Below, piece after piece: positions 32,882 to 41,976 of a stretch of 64,000 nucleotides of DNA. Below the pieces are notes generated by a model. It saw only the letters and a list, made by a program, of their open reading frames with translations, was not told the DNA's origin and did no database searches. The position numbers were made by a program, and so were the translations under genes. Source of the stretch: Terriglobia bacterium. GTDB lineage: Bacteria > Acidobacteriota > Terriglobia > Acidiferrales > UBA7541. The DNA is taken from the NCBI GenBank assembly GCA_963695545.1, contig OY968796.1, positions 1,600,001-1,664,000 on the forward strand, written 5' to 3'. Every line of letters starts with the position of its first letter. The stretch's first letter is position 1.

Positions 32882-34024
32882 ATGAGAATCAAAAAGATTC
32901 TGTGGATGGCGGTGGCGCTCGCGATGTTTGTGGGGCCGGTGGCTGCCTGGTTGGGTGCCGGGGCCGTGGCGCAAGGCGACAATAACATGTCCGGCACGGT
33001 GTTCGACGTAAACGGCAAGCCGTACCCGAACGTCCAACTGGTATTCACCAGCGAGGACAACGGACGTTCGTTCACTGTCAATGCCGATGACAAGGGCCAT
33101 TACCACACGCCCGGAATGAGCGCCGGCAACTACGACATCGACGTAAAGGACAAAGGCCAAATCGTTTTCAAGACCGGCGTGAAGATCTCCGGTGGCGGCG
33201 AACAATCACTGGACATCAAGATCACCATCTCGGACGCGGCGAAGAAAGCCGCCGAAGAGCAGGCCGCGCAGGAGAAGGCATTTCAAAACCTGAAGGCCAA
33301 CTTCGACGCCGGCGTCACGGCCGCGACGCAAGCAGAGACACTGCACGCGCAGCTGGCGAAGGGCACCGGCGATCAAAGCGCGCTGCAATCGCAGATCACA
33401 CAGGCCTGCGACACCGCGATTCAGGATTTCCAATTGGCCATGCAGGGCATGAAAGACAACGACCCGAACCGCCATATCGTGCTTTCGCGCATTGCCGCCG
33501 CCTACGATCTGGAAGGCAAGCCCGATCAAGCGGTCATTTATTATCAGCAGGCCATCGCCCTCGAGCCCACCAACGCCGGCTACTACAACAATCTTGGGAA
33601 CGCCCTTGCGGCGACCGGCAAAATTGACGATGCCATGGCCGCGTACGCCAAATCCGCCGAAGTCGACCCGACGAACGCCGCGGCCGCCTGGCGCAACGCG
33701 GGCGCGACGCTCTATAACGCGGGAAAAATGAAGGACGCCGTCGATCCTTTCCAGAAGTCTTTGGCGATCGATCCCAAGAACGCGCAAACATGGTTCCTGC
33801 TGGGCCAATGTTTGATGAACACCATGGGCTCAAAACAGGACGGCGACAAAATCGTCCCCATCCTCCAGCCCGGCACGGTCGAAGCGTTCCAAAAGGCGGT
33901 TGCGCTCGATCCGGGCGGAACGTGGGGAACGCAGGCGCAACAGGATCTGGACGCATTGCAGGCTATGGGCCTCGGAATCGATACGAAGGTCAAGAACACC
34001 GCGAGTGGCAAGGGCAAAAGCTAG
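32882..34024 (+). CDS. Secreted TPR protein with carboxypeptidase-regulatory-like N-terminal domain
   Basis: GGAG RBS, signal peptide, SGTVFD..GKP beta domain and TPR repeats (YYNNLGNAL, AWRNAGATL). Confidence 0.87.
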   Translation: MRIKKILWMAVALAMFVGPVAAWLGAGAVAQGDNNMSGTVFDVNGKPYPNVQLVFTSEDNGRSFTVNADDKGHYHTPGMSAGNYDIDVKDKGQIVFKTGVKISGGGEQSLDIKITISDAAKKAAEEQAAQEKAFQNLKANFDAGVTAATQAETLHAQLAKGTGDQSALQSQITQACDTAIQDFQLAMQGMKDNDPNRHIVLSRIAAAYDLEGKPDQAVIYYQQAIALEPTNAGYYNNLGNALAATGKIDDAMAAYAKSAEVDPTNAAAAWRNAGATLYNAGKMKDAVDPFQKSLAIDPKNAQTWFLLGQCLMNTMGSKQDGDKIVPILQPGTVEAFQKAVALDPGGTWGTQAQQDLDALQAMGLGIDTKVKNTASGKGKS

Positions 34025-34142
34025 GCCGCTGCTTTTCGGTCAACATTCGTGGCCCGAGTGAAATGCTCGTGTCGCGCGGGAAGCGACCGTATCCGCTGAC
34101 ATCATTGCGTCACGGGAGGAATGTGGTGCAGAGTAGCAGCCG

Positions 34143-35432
34143 ATGCGGTTGCGTCTAGCCAATCCTGCCGCGCGATGGCTGTTTGTTATCGCGGTCGTCT
34201 TGGTCGCTGCGGCCTTGTGTTGGGAGGGCGGCAAGCATGCGCTCGCGACGCATTGGGCAAATTCCGCAGACCCGCAAGATTGGCAGCGTGCCGCCGAACT
34301 TGAGCCTTCAAACGCCGAGCACTGGTATGCACTCGGGCGGTACCGGCAGCTTGATTTTGAGAATGAAAATCTGCCGCTCGCGATATCGTACTACCGGCGT
34401 GCAATCGCGCTCGTTCCGGAATCTCCCTATTATTGGCTCGATCTCGCTAGTACTTACGACGAGGCTGGCGACGCAGCATTAGCCGAATCCGCGTACCAGG
34501 CGGCTGAGCGGGACCATCCAATCTCTGCCGAAGCCGCCTGGCGTTATGGCAATTTTCTCTTGGGCCAAGGCAGAGACGATCAGGCGTACGACGAAATTCA
34601 TCGTGGTCTCTTGGTCGAACCACAATGGCTGGATTTGGCCGTGTCCCGCACATGGCGCAACTCGCAGGACGTGCACGTGCTGCTCGATCGGGTCCTGCCG
34701 GACACTCCGGAGGCACGCGAGCGAGCCCTAACCTTCCTGGTTGCCCAGAACCAGCCGGGCGCCTCACTCGCCGTTTGGCAGCGGATCAAAGAGCGCCAAG
34801 ATCCCGTGGAGCTTACGCAGGCGTTCCCACTTGTCGATTTGTTGATTAAGCAGGACGAGGTGCCGCAGGCGTGGCGGGTGTGGCAGCAGGCTCTTGCGGC
34901 CAGCGGAGCGCCACCCGGATTAGATGGCGTGTCGCGCGTTACCGATGGCGGTTTCGAGACCGCGATTGCGGATGGCGGCTTCGGCTGGAGATATACGCCG
35001 CAGGCGGGAGCGGATGCGAGGCTTGACGCGAGCGAGCCCCACTCCGGCTCCCACGACCTCAAGCTTGCGTTCGATGGTTCTACGAATGTGGATTTCAATG
35101 GCTTTTATGAGTACGTGCCTGCCGAGCCGAGTACTCGCTACCACTTTTCTGCTTACATGCGAGCGCAAGGTCTCGTCACCGATGGCAGCGTGCACTTCGA
35201 GATATCCGATCCCCTCCATCCGTACGATCCGATTTTCGTGACACAGGGCGTCGCGGGCATCGATCCTTGGACTCCGATCACGCTCGATTTCGAGACTGGC
35301 CCAGATACGCACGTGCTGATCGTGTGCCTGCGGCGACCCGCGAGCGCGGTGTTGACAAAGGTTGAAGGCACAGCTTGGGTCGACGATGTGTCGTTGGTAC
35401 CTGCGGCCACGCCGTCGGGAGCCACGCCATGA
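34143..35432 (+). CDS. Membrane-anchored TPR protein with C-terminal carbohydrate-binding-like domain
   Basis: N-terminal TM and TPR repeats, then a DGGFE...GW...WVDDVSL CBM-like beta-sandwich. Confidence 0.8.
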   Translation: MRLRLANPAARWLFVIAVVLVAAALCWEGGKHALATHWANSADPQDWQRAAELEPSNAEHWYALGRYRQLDFENENLPLAISYYRRAIALVPESPYYWLDLASTYDEAGDAALAESAYQAAERDHPISAEAAWRYGNFLLGQGRDDQAYDEIHRGLLVEPQWLDLAVSRTWRNSQDVHVLLDRVLPDTPEARERALTFLVAQNQPGASLAVWQRIKERQDPVELTQAFPLVDLLIKQDEVPQAWRVWQQALAASGAPPGLDGVSRVTDGGFETAIADGGFGWRYTPQAGADARLDASEPHSGSHDLKLAFDGSTNVDFNGFYEYVPAEPSTRYHFSAYMRAQGLVTDGSVHFEISDPLHPYDPIFVTQGVAGIDPWTPITLDFETGPDTHVLIVCLRRPASAVLTKVEGTAWVDDVSLVPAATPSGATP

Positions 35433-36682
35433 AAGGGATTCGCGTGGGCGTTTGCGCGCTCGTCGCGTTCGCCGTGATCGCTCAGGGCACGACCGAAGCG
35501 TGGTCGGAAGCGGTGCTGGAAATTGGGGCAGGCCTTCTGCTGGTCTGTTGGTGCGTCGTGGTTCTAAGCTCGGATCCAATTGAGCTGCGCGGGAATGTGT
35601 TGCTGTGGCCGCTCGCGGGGCTGTGGATTCTTGCGGTGCTGCAAAGCGTGGCGGGCTTGAGTGCGTATGAGTTTGCGACGCGCATCGAATTGCTCAAAGG
35701 TTCGGCTCTGCTCGTGGTGGTTTTCCTGGCGGTGCAATCGTTCCGCACGGTCCAGGACTGGCGGGACTTCGTCTGGTTTCTGGCCGCTCTCGGCTTCTTC
35801 GTATCACTGTTCGGCATCGCGCAGCACTTCACGTTCAACGGGAAGATGTACTGGTTCCGGGAATTGAAGCTCGGCGGGGTTCCTTTCGGCCCGTATGTGA
35901 ATCGCAATCACTTTGCTGGCTTCGTTGAGCTGGTGGTGCCACCGGGCCTGGCGATGCTGGTGCTTCGCGGCGAACGGCGCGACCTGCTCCCGTTGCTCGC
36001 GATTTTCGCGCTGCTCCCGATCGGGGCGTTGTTCCTGGCGGCCTCGCGCGGTGGGATTATCGCTCTTTTTTGTGAAATCGTGGTGCTCATCGTGCTGATC
36101 GCCATGCGGCGGAAGGAATGGACGACGCTGGCGGCGGGCGCGTTGGTTTTGTTTCTGGCGGCGGCGATGGTCGCGTGGATCGGTGTGGGCCAGGCGCTCG
36201 AACGCTTCGCGCAGTATCGCTCCCTTGAAGTGACGCAGGCGCGCCGCGTGGAAATGACCCGCGATTCGTGGAGAATTTTTCGGGACCATCCCCTGTTCGG
36301 CACCGGCTTCGGAACGCTGGAGCAGGTTTTTCCGCGTTATGAAACGCTGTACGACGGATTGATTGTGGATCATTCCCATGACGACTACGTCGAGTTGCTC
36401 GCCAACGCGGGCATCGCCGGAGGATTACTGGGAGCGTGGTTTTTGGTGCTGCTCTTCTGGGGAGGCGCGAAGTCGCTGGGCGCAAGCCGAGCGACGCCGG
36501 ATCTGGCGCTGCATATTGGGGCGCTCACGGCGTGCGTGGGATTGCTGGTGCATAGCTTTTCGGATTTCAATTTTCACATCCCGGCGAATGCTTTGATTTT
36601 CTTGCTGCTCGCCACGCTCGCCACATCCGCAACCGCGCCGCTCGGGCCGCTGCCCGTGCCGTCGCACGGCGAGCGGCGATGA
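35429..36682 (+). CDS. O-antigen ligase (Wzy_C) family membrane protein
   Basis: Many TMs, GPYVNRNHFAG, ASRGG, HPLFGTGFG and HSHDDYVELL. Confidence 0.9.
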   Translation: MKGIRVGVCALVAFAVIAQGTTEAWSEAVLEIGAGLLLVCWCVVVLSSDPIELRGNVLLWPLAGLWILAVLQSVAGLSAYEFATRIELLKGSALLVVVFLAVQSFRTVQDWRDFVWFLAALGFFVSLFGIAQHFTFNGKMYWFRELKLGGVPFGPYVNRNHFAGFVELVVPPGLAMLVLRGERRDLLPLLAIFALLPIGALFLAASRGGIIALFCEIVVLIVLIAMRRKEWTTLAAGALVLFLAAAMVAWIGVGQALERFAQYRSLEVTQARRVEMTRDSWRIFRDHPLFGTGFGTLEQVFPRYETLYDGLIVDHSHDDYVELLANAGIAGGLLGAWFLVLLFWGGAKSLGASRATPDLALHIGALTACVGLLVHSFSDFNFHIPANALIFLLLATLATSATAPLGPLPVPSHGERR

Positions 36683-37323
36683 GCGGTGAGGATCTCGCGC
36701 AGCGCCCGGGCCGAGCGGTGGCCGGAATCGGGAAGCTGCACGGGCGCCTGGTATCTCCGCGCCGCGTCACGGTGTTGGCCGAGCGACTCGGCGCGTTTCT
36801 GCCGCGCGATTGCCGGTTGTTGGACGTGGGCTGCGGCGATGGCGCGCTCGGCGCGCTGCTTCAGCAATCTGTTCCGGGATTGCGCGTGACGGGTGTGGAG
36901 GTGCTTCCGCGCGAAGGTTGTCCGATCGAGTGCCACGCGTTCGATGGCCGGCATCTTCCGTTTCCAGACGGCTCTTTCGATGGATGTCTTTTCGTGGACG
37001 TACTGCACCACACGAACGATCCGTTCGCGATTCTGGAAGACGCATGCCGCGTCAGCCGGGAATTCATTTTGATAAAGGATCATTTGGCCGAGACGCGCTG
37101 GGATCATCTGCGACTGCGTTTCATGGACTGGGTCGGAAACCGGCCGCACGGCGTGGTGTTGCCGTATGCGTATCTTTCGCGGGCGAAATGGCGCGATCTG
37201 TTCGATCGTCTGGGGCTTTCGGAAGTGCGAACCGATGGCGATCTGCCGCTTTATCCGGCTCCGGCGTCGCTGGTCTTCGGTGGGAGATTGCATTTCGCCA
37301 CGTTGCTGCGGAAGAGCAAATAG
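36679..37323 (+). CDS. Class I SAM-dependent methyltransferase
   Basis: LLDVGCGDG, LPFPDGSFD and DVLHH. Confidence 0.9.
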   Translation: MSGEDLAQRPGRAVAGIGKLHGRLVSPRRVTVLAERLGAFLPRDCRLLDVGCGDGALGALLQQSVPGLRVTGVEVLPREGCPIECHAFDGRHLPFPDGSFDGCLFVDVLHHTNDPFAILEDACRVSREFILIKDHLAETRWDHLRLRFMDWVGNRPHGVVLPYAYLSRAKWRDLFDRLGLSEVRTDGDLPLYPAPASLVFGGRLHFATLLRKSK

Positions 37324-37345
37324 ATTTCGAGCATCGCGATGCATT

Positions 37346-38545
37346 TTAGCGCCGCGCCATTCCCAATACGCTCAAGAACAGGCTGGAAAGAAATGTCTGG
37401 AAGCCCAGGGCGATGAGCACGGCTCCGGGAATGGTGACGCGCATGGTGGCGTCAATATCCAGATTGCTGAAGTGGTGCGCTCCCCAAGTTCTCAGCACGG
37501 CAGCCCAGGCGGCGAAACCAATCACCATCAGCAGAGCGCCGGCGGCGAGGCCGACTTCGAGAGTGATGTAGCGAAAGAGGCGATTCAGGCGCGGATCCTC
37601 GGGCGCCAAGCCTTCGGTGATCGCGAAAAGTTTTGTTAAGAACGCGAAGGTGACCGACTGGAAGCCCAGGAGAACCGCGAGGCCCGCGAAAAGTAAAGTG
37701 TGCACGTCGAAGGTGACGCCGCCGACGGTACGCGGACCGGGAATCAGCCACAGTCCGGCGGCGGTGCCGGCAAGCATCAGCCCAATTCCGGGATAAAGAA
37801 AAAGCCAGCGCGGGCTGTAGAGCAATAAGAAGCGAAGGCCGCGCCAGCCGTCGCGCCAAGTGCGCAGGTGCGGCGGGCGATCGCGCCCATCGGGGCGCAG
37901 GGTTGTGGGGACTTCGGCGATGCGCAGGCAAAACATGGCGGATTTGACGACCATCTCGGTTGCGAATTCCATGCCCGTGGTGCGCAAACCGAGACGCAGG
38001 ATGGCATCGCGGCGGAATCCGCGCAGTCCGCAGTAGATATCGCCGCATGGACTGCCGAAGAACAGGCGCGCAATCGCCGTCAGCACCGGAGTGCCGAGAT
38101 AGCGATGCGACGCGGGCATGGCGCCGAGTGCGATTCCGCCTCGAAATCTATTGCCCATCACCAGATCGTTGCCTTCGCGCAACTTCGCGACGAACGCGGG
38201 GATGTGCGTGAAGTCGTAACTTTGGTCGGCGTCTCCCATGATCACGAAAACGCCGCGGGCCGCGGAGAAGCCGCCGAGCAGCGCGTTGCCGTATCCCTTT
38301 TTCTCGACGGGAACGATGCGCGCGCCGAGGTTGCGGGCGATTTCGATCGAGCGATCCGTGCTGCCGTTATCGGCGACGACCACTTCGCCGCGCAGGCCCG
38401 CGCGCGCGAGCGTCTCGAGAGCTTCGGAGACGCAAGCGCCGATGGTCTTTTCCTCGTTGAGACACGGCATCACCACCGAGATTTCGATGTCGGTGTCCGG
38501 CGGGGTCGGGTCAATCCCCGGTGTTGATTTCGTTTGATCGCTCAT
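37346..38545 (-). CDS. GT2 glycosyltransferase (DPM1-like) with C-terminal TM segments
   Basis: SVVMPCLNE, ADNGSTD, MGDADQSYD and GMEFATEM. ATG 38545 lies just downstream of the duplicated promoter. Confidence 0.9.
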   Translation of the reverse strand: MSDQTKSTPGIDPTPPDTDIEISVVMPCLNEEKTIGACVSEALETLARAGLRGEVVVADNGSTDRSIEIARNLGARIVPVEKKGYGNALLGGFSAARGVFVIMGDADQSYDFTHIPAFVAKLREGNDLVMGNRFRGGIALGAMPASHRYLGTPVLTAIARLFFGSPCGDIYCGLRGFRRDAILRLGLRTTGMEFATEMVVKSAMFCLRIAEVPTTLRPDGRDRPPHLRTWRDGWRGLRFLLLYSPRWLFLYPGIGLMLAGTAAGLWLIPGPRTVGGVTFDVHTLLFAGLAVLLGFQSVTFAFLTKLFAITEGLAPEDPRLNRLFRYITLEVGLAAGALLMVIGFAAWAAVLRTWGAHHFSNLDIDATMRVTIPGAVLIALGFQTFLSSLFLSVLGMARR

Positions 38546-38564
38546 GAAGTGCCCGTGCTCGCTA

Positions 38565-38608
38565 TTTGGCTGAGGCATTATCCGTGACGCGCCGATGCGA
38601 TTCAATGT
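38565..38608 (-). promoter_or_regulatory. 44 bp promoter-containing direct repeat, copy 1
   Basis: Identical to 40111-40154. Minus strand TTGAAT-17 nt-GATAAT. Confidence 0.85.
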
Positions 38609-38921
38609 TCTGGCGCGAGGGCTGGTCGTGAGCGGCGAGCGGGCCGAGGGCGCGATCTTCGAGCGCAGCCGGAGGTCAACTTCCGGGATATGCCCCATCT
38701 ATCTACGGTAGCAAACGCATAAAATGAGGAAAAAATGGTTTGCAGGAAAAGAGTAAAGAGTGCAGACGAGTCTGACACCCGCGGGAGGGTAGGCACTTAC
38801 TGTCAAACTGCGAAGTTCCATCTCCGCGCGCGGCCAGCATATCTCGACGTGTTCTTAAATCAAAACGTGCGAGGGTTCGTTCCGGGGAGAGATAGTCTCG
38901 ACCGCAAATGACCGACGCCGC

Positions 38922-39923
38922 CTAGGATTCGCGGACCGCGTTCGCGGTGCGCAACCATTCCACAAATCGTTTCAATCCCTCCGCGAGCGGCACCTGCGGT
39001 TTGTACGCCAGCATGCGCTCCGCGCGCGAAATATCCGCCCAGGTGATCGGCACATCGCCCACCTGCATGGGCAGCGCGCGCCGCTCCGCCGTGCGCCCCG
39101 TGGCTTTTTCAATCGCCGCCACCAATTCGTCCAATCGCACCGGACTAGAATTCCCCAAATTGAAAATCTCGAACGCCGCGCTCGCCGCGCCGCCGCGCGC
39201 GGCGAATTTGTAATCCAGCGCCGCCAAAACTCCCGCCACAATATCGTCCACGTATGTATAGTCCCGCGCAGAAGAGCCATCGCCGAAAATCGGCAGCGCC
39301 TCACCGCTCTCCATCAACGCCGTGAATCTGTGAATCGCAAGATCGGGCCGCTGCCGCGGTCCGTACACCGTAAAAAGCCGCAGGCACACCACTTGCAATC
39401 CCCAAACGTGCGCGTAGGTATATGCGAGCAATTCCCCGCTGAGTTTCGTCGCCGCGTAGGGCGAAATCGGCCGCAGCGTAACCCTGTCCTCCGAAAATGG
39501 CACTGGGCTATCCGCGCCATACACCGAGCTCGACGAACCGAAAACGAACCGCGGCACGCAAAATTCGCGGCACCACTCCAGAAGATTGAGCGTGCCCCTG
39601 ACGTTCACGCGCTCATAAAGCTGCGGCTGCTCGATCGAAGGACGCACTCCCGCTCGCGCCGCCAGATGAATCACCGCATCGGGTTGCGTCGCCGCAAAAA
39701 TCGCGCGCATGCGATCCACATCGCAGATATCCGCCTCTTCAAATCGAAAATCGCCCCGCCGCCGCACTTCGTCCAGATTCGCGCGCTTCCGTTGCGGCGA
39801 ATAAAAATCGTCCAACGCGTCCACGATCGTGAGTTGCGCGCCGCGCTGCAAAAGCGCCTCAGCCACGTGGGAGCCGATGAATCCCGCGCCGCCCGTCAGC
39901 AGAATTTTCGTCGCGTTCATCAT
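38922..39923 (-). CDS. NAD-dependent epimerase (UDP-glucuronate 4-epimerase-like)
   Basis: LTGGAGFIG, HLAARAGVRPS, SSSSVYG, SPYAATK, FTVYGPRQRPD and FNLGNS. Confidence 0.9.
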   Translation of the reverse strand: MMNATKILLTGGAGFIGSHVAEALLQRGAQLTIVDALDDFYSPQRKRANLDEVRRRGDFRFEEADICDVDRMRAIFAATQPDAVIHLAARAGVRPSIEQPQLYERVNVRGTLNLLEWCREFCVPRFVFGSSSSVYGADSPVPFSEDRVTLRPISPYAATKLSGELLAYTYAHVWGLQVVCLRLFTVYGPRQRPDLAIHRFTALMESGEALPIFGDGSSARDYTYVDDIVAGVLAALDYKFAARGGAASAAFEIFNLGNSSPVRLDELVAAIEKATGRTAERRALPMQVGDVPITWADISRAERMLAYKPQVPLAEGLKRFVEWLRTANAVRES

Positions 39924-40110
39924 TCTCCCCATCGCCACCGCCCGATAAGCCCCGGTCTTCGCGTCCATGCGTATAATTCGCGGAGGCCGCCCTCGGAAGC
40001 GTCCCGCGCGTCCGAAATCGGCCCTTGCGCTTCGTGCGCTGGGTCGCCGCGCTGCGCCGCCCATTCAACCCATTCGCTCAGCGCGATCAGCGTCCACGGC
40101 GCGCGCGAGG

Positions 40111-40154
40111 TTTGGCTGAGGCATTATCCGTGACGCGCCGATGCGATTCAATGT
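40111..40154 (-). promoter_or_regulatory. 44 bp promoter-containing direct repeat, copy 2
   Basis: Identical to 38565-38608. Confidence 0.85.
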
Positions 40155-40771
40155 ATGGACCGAGCGGTTTCGAAGGTCTGTGTGCTTTTAGCGCAATTGC
40201 TCGGGCTGCACGCCGCCGTCGATAGCATTAGCCCAGCCGGAACACGGAATGGGCACATCGAATGGCCCCGCCCCGTTCGTGGATTACTGGCGTTATACGA
40301 ACGACATCGGTTGGGTTCGCGGGTCTATTGGTACGATTTGACGCTGTTGAGCTACTCAAGCCAGCAAGACCCAAGCTATGTCTCGCTCTTTAGCTCAGCA
40401 ATTCGCACATTCACTTCCGCGCCGGTCAGAATTCCCTTTTGTTTTGACAACTCGAAAATCGCGTCCGTAATCAACAGACTGAGTAATGGCGTCTCGGCAA
40501 TCGTGGGGTTACACTTGGCGGAATTCTCGCCACTCTTCATTTTGATGTGCAATGACTTTATGGTTATCCAAAAGGTTGTAGCAACGGTTGAGAATGGTCG
40601 CCATGAAACATCACTGTCGCCATCAAATCCTCCGCCGACCAGAACAGTTCCATTGGGCAGGGACGTCCAGGTTTGAAGGTTCGGAGTAGGAGGGGGTTGC
40701 GAACCTCGAAATGCGCACTTTGTGCATCCAACTGGCTGTATACTGTTGAACTTGTACGGGGGAATTATCCG

Positions 40772-41872
40772 ATGCTTTCCGAGTGTGTGTCCTCATTTGA
40801 TAGACGATCGGGCCTGATCGCGCTTGTCCTTTTGGCTCTATCGGTTGCCGCACCATCGGGCAGATCGCAACAGACAGCGCAGCCCACCACCCAATTCGCG
40901 GAAGGGGTCCCCAAGCTTCAAACGGCGGACGACACCAACGCCCGCATCACCGAGCTTGCGCGATCCGCAGCGGTGCGCCCCGGCGATTACGTGATCGGCA
41001 GCGGGGATCTGCTGGACATCGAAGTGTTCGAAGTGCCGGAGCTGTCGCGCGAGATACGCGTGAATCAATCGGGCTACATCGCCCTGCCGTTGATTCCGAC
41101 GAAAATTCGCGTGAAGGGGCTGACCGCGTTTCAATTGCAGGACAAGCTGGCGGAGCTTCTGCAGACGAACGGACTGGTGACCAATCCGCAGGTCAGCGTG
41201 AACGTGAAGGAAGAGCATGGTGAGCCGATCACGGTGATCGGAGCGGTGAAGAACCCGATGGTGATCGAGGCGGTGCGGTCGACGACGCTGCTTGAGGTGT
41301 TGTCATCGGCGGGCGGCATTGCAGACGACGCGGGAAACGTGGTGCTGGTGACGCGCAACGGCAGCCCCGCGGCGGCACCGGCGGATTCCAACAACGGCGG
41401 CGGAGCCGAGGCGGCCGCACCGCAGACGTTTACGATCAATCTGGACGATTTGCTGAACACAGGCGATTCGAGATTCAACATTCCCGTTCAGGGCGGAGAC
41501 GTCGTCAGCGTGCCGCGCGCGGGGATCATATACGTGGTCGGGGCCGTGGCGCGTCCCGGGGGATTCGTGATGGCGAACGATCACCAAGAAGTCACCGCGC
41601 TCAAGTTGCTGGCGCTAGCCGGGGGGACGACCTCGACGGCGCGCTCGACCCAGGCGGTGATCCTGCGGAACAACGCGGTCACGGGTCAGAAAGAGCAACT
41701 GCCGGTGGATCTGAAAAAGGTTCTGGACTTGAAAGGCCCGGACGTGGCGTTGCTTCCAAACGACATCTTGTTTGTTCCAGACAGCGCGAGCAAGCGTGCG
41801 TGGCACAAGACGGGCGACATCATGGTATCTCTGGGGTCAGGTGTGGCCTTATATCGCCTGGCAGGCATATAG
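40772..41872 (+). CDS. Polysaccharide export protein (Wza/Poly_export plus SLBB domains)
   Basis: Signal peptide, YVIGSGDLLDIEVF, GYIALPLI, two SLBB motifs (VIGAVKNP, VVGAVARPG) and PNDILFVP. Confidence 0.9.
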   Translation: MLSECVSSFDRRSGLIALVLLALSVAAPSGRSQQTAQPTTQFAEGVPKLQTADDTNARITELARSAAVRPGDYVIGSGDLLDIEVFEVPELSREIRVNQSGYIALPLIPTKIRVKGLTAFQLQDKLAELLQTNGLVTNPQVSVNVKEEHGEPITVIGAVKNPMVIEAVRSTTLLEVLSSAGGIADDAGNVVLVTRNGSPAAAPADSNNGGGAEAAAPQTFTINLDDLLNTGDSRFNIPVQGGDVVSVPRAGIIYVVGAVARPGGFVMANDHQEVTALKLLALAGGTTSTARSTQAVILRNNAVTGQKEQLPVDLKKVLDLKGPDVALLPNDILFVPDSASKRAWHKTGDIMVSLGSGVALYRLAGI

Positions 41873-41976
41873 AATTTGCGCAGGCGCGCAGCGAATTTCA
41901 GGCCGATCGCAGCCAGAAATGTAATCGGTGTTTGAACGACGAGCGAGACCCAGCGGAAAGAGGCGGTGAAGCGATC

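Noticed and set aside
40155..40771. 173 aa ORF or ops/JUMPstart element upstream of the Wza-like gene
   Set aside because: The ORF has no recognisable motifs or RBS and no GGCGGTAG ops sequence was seen. This is more likely a divergent promoter region.
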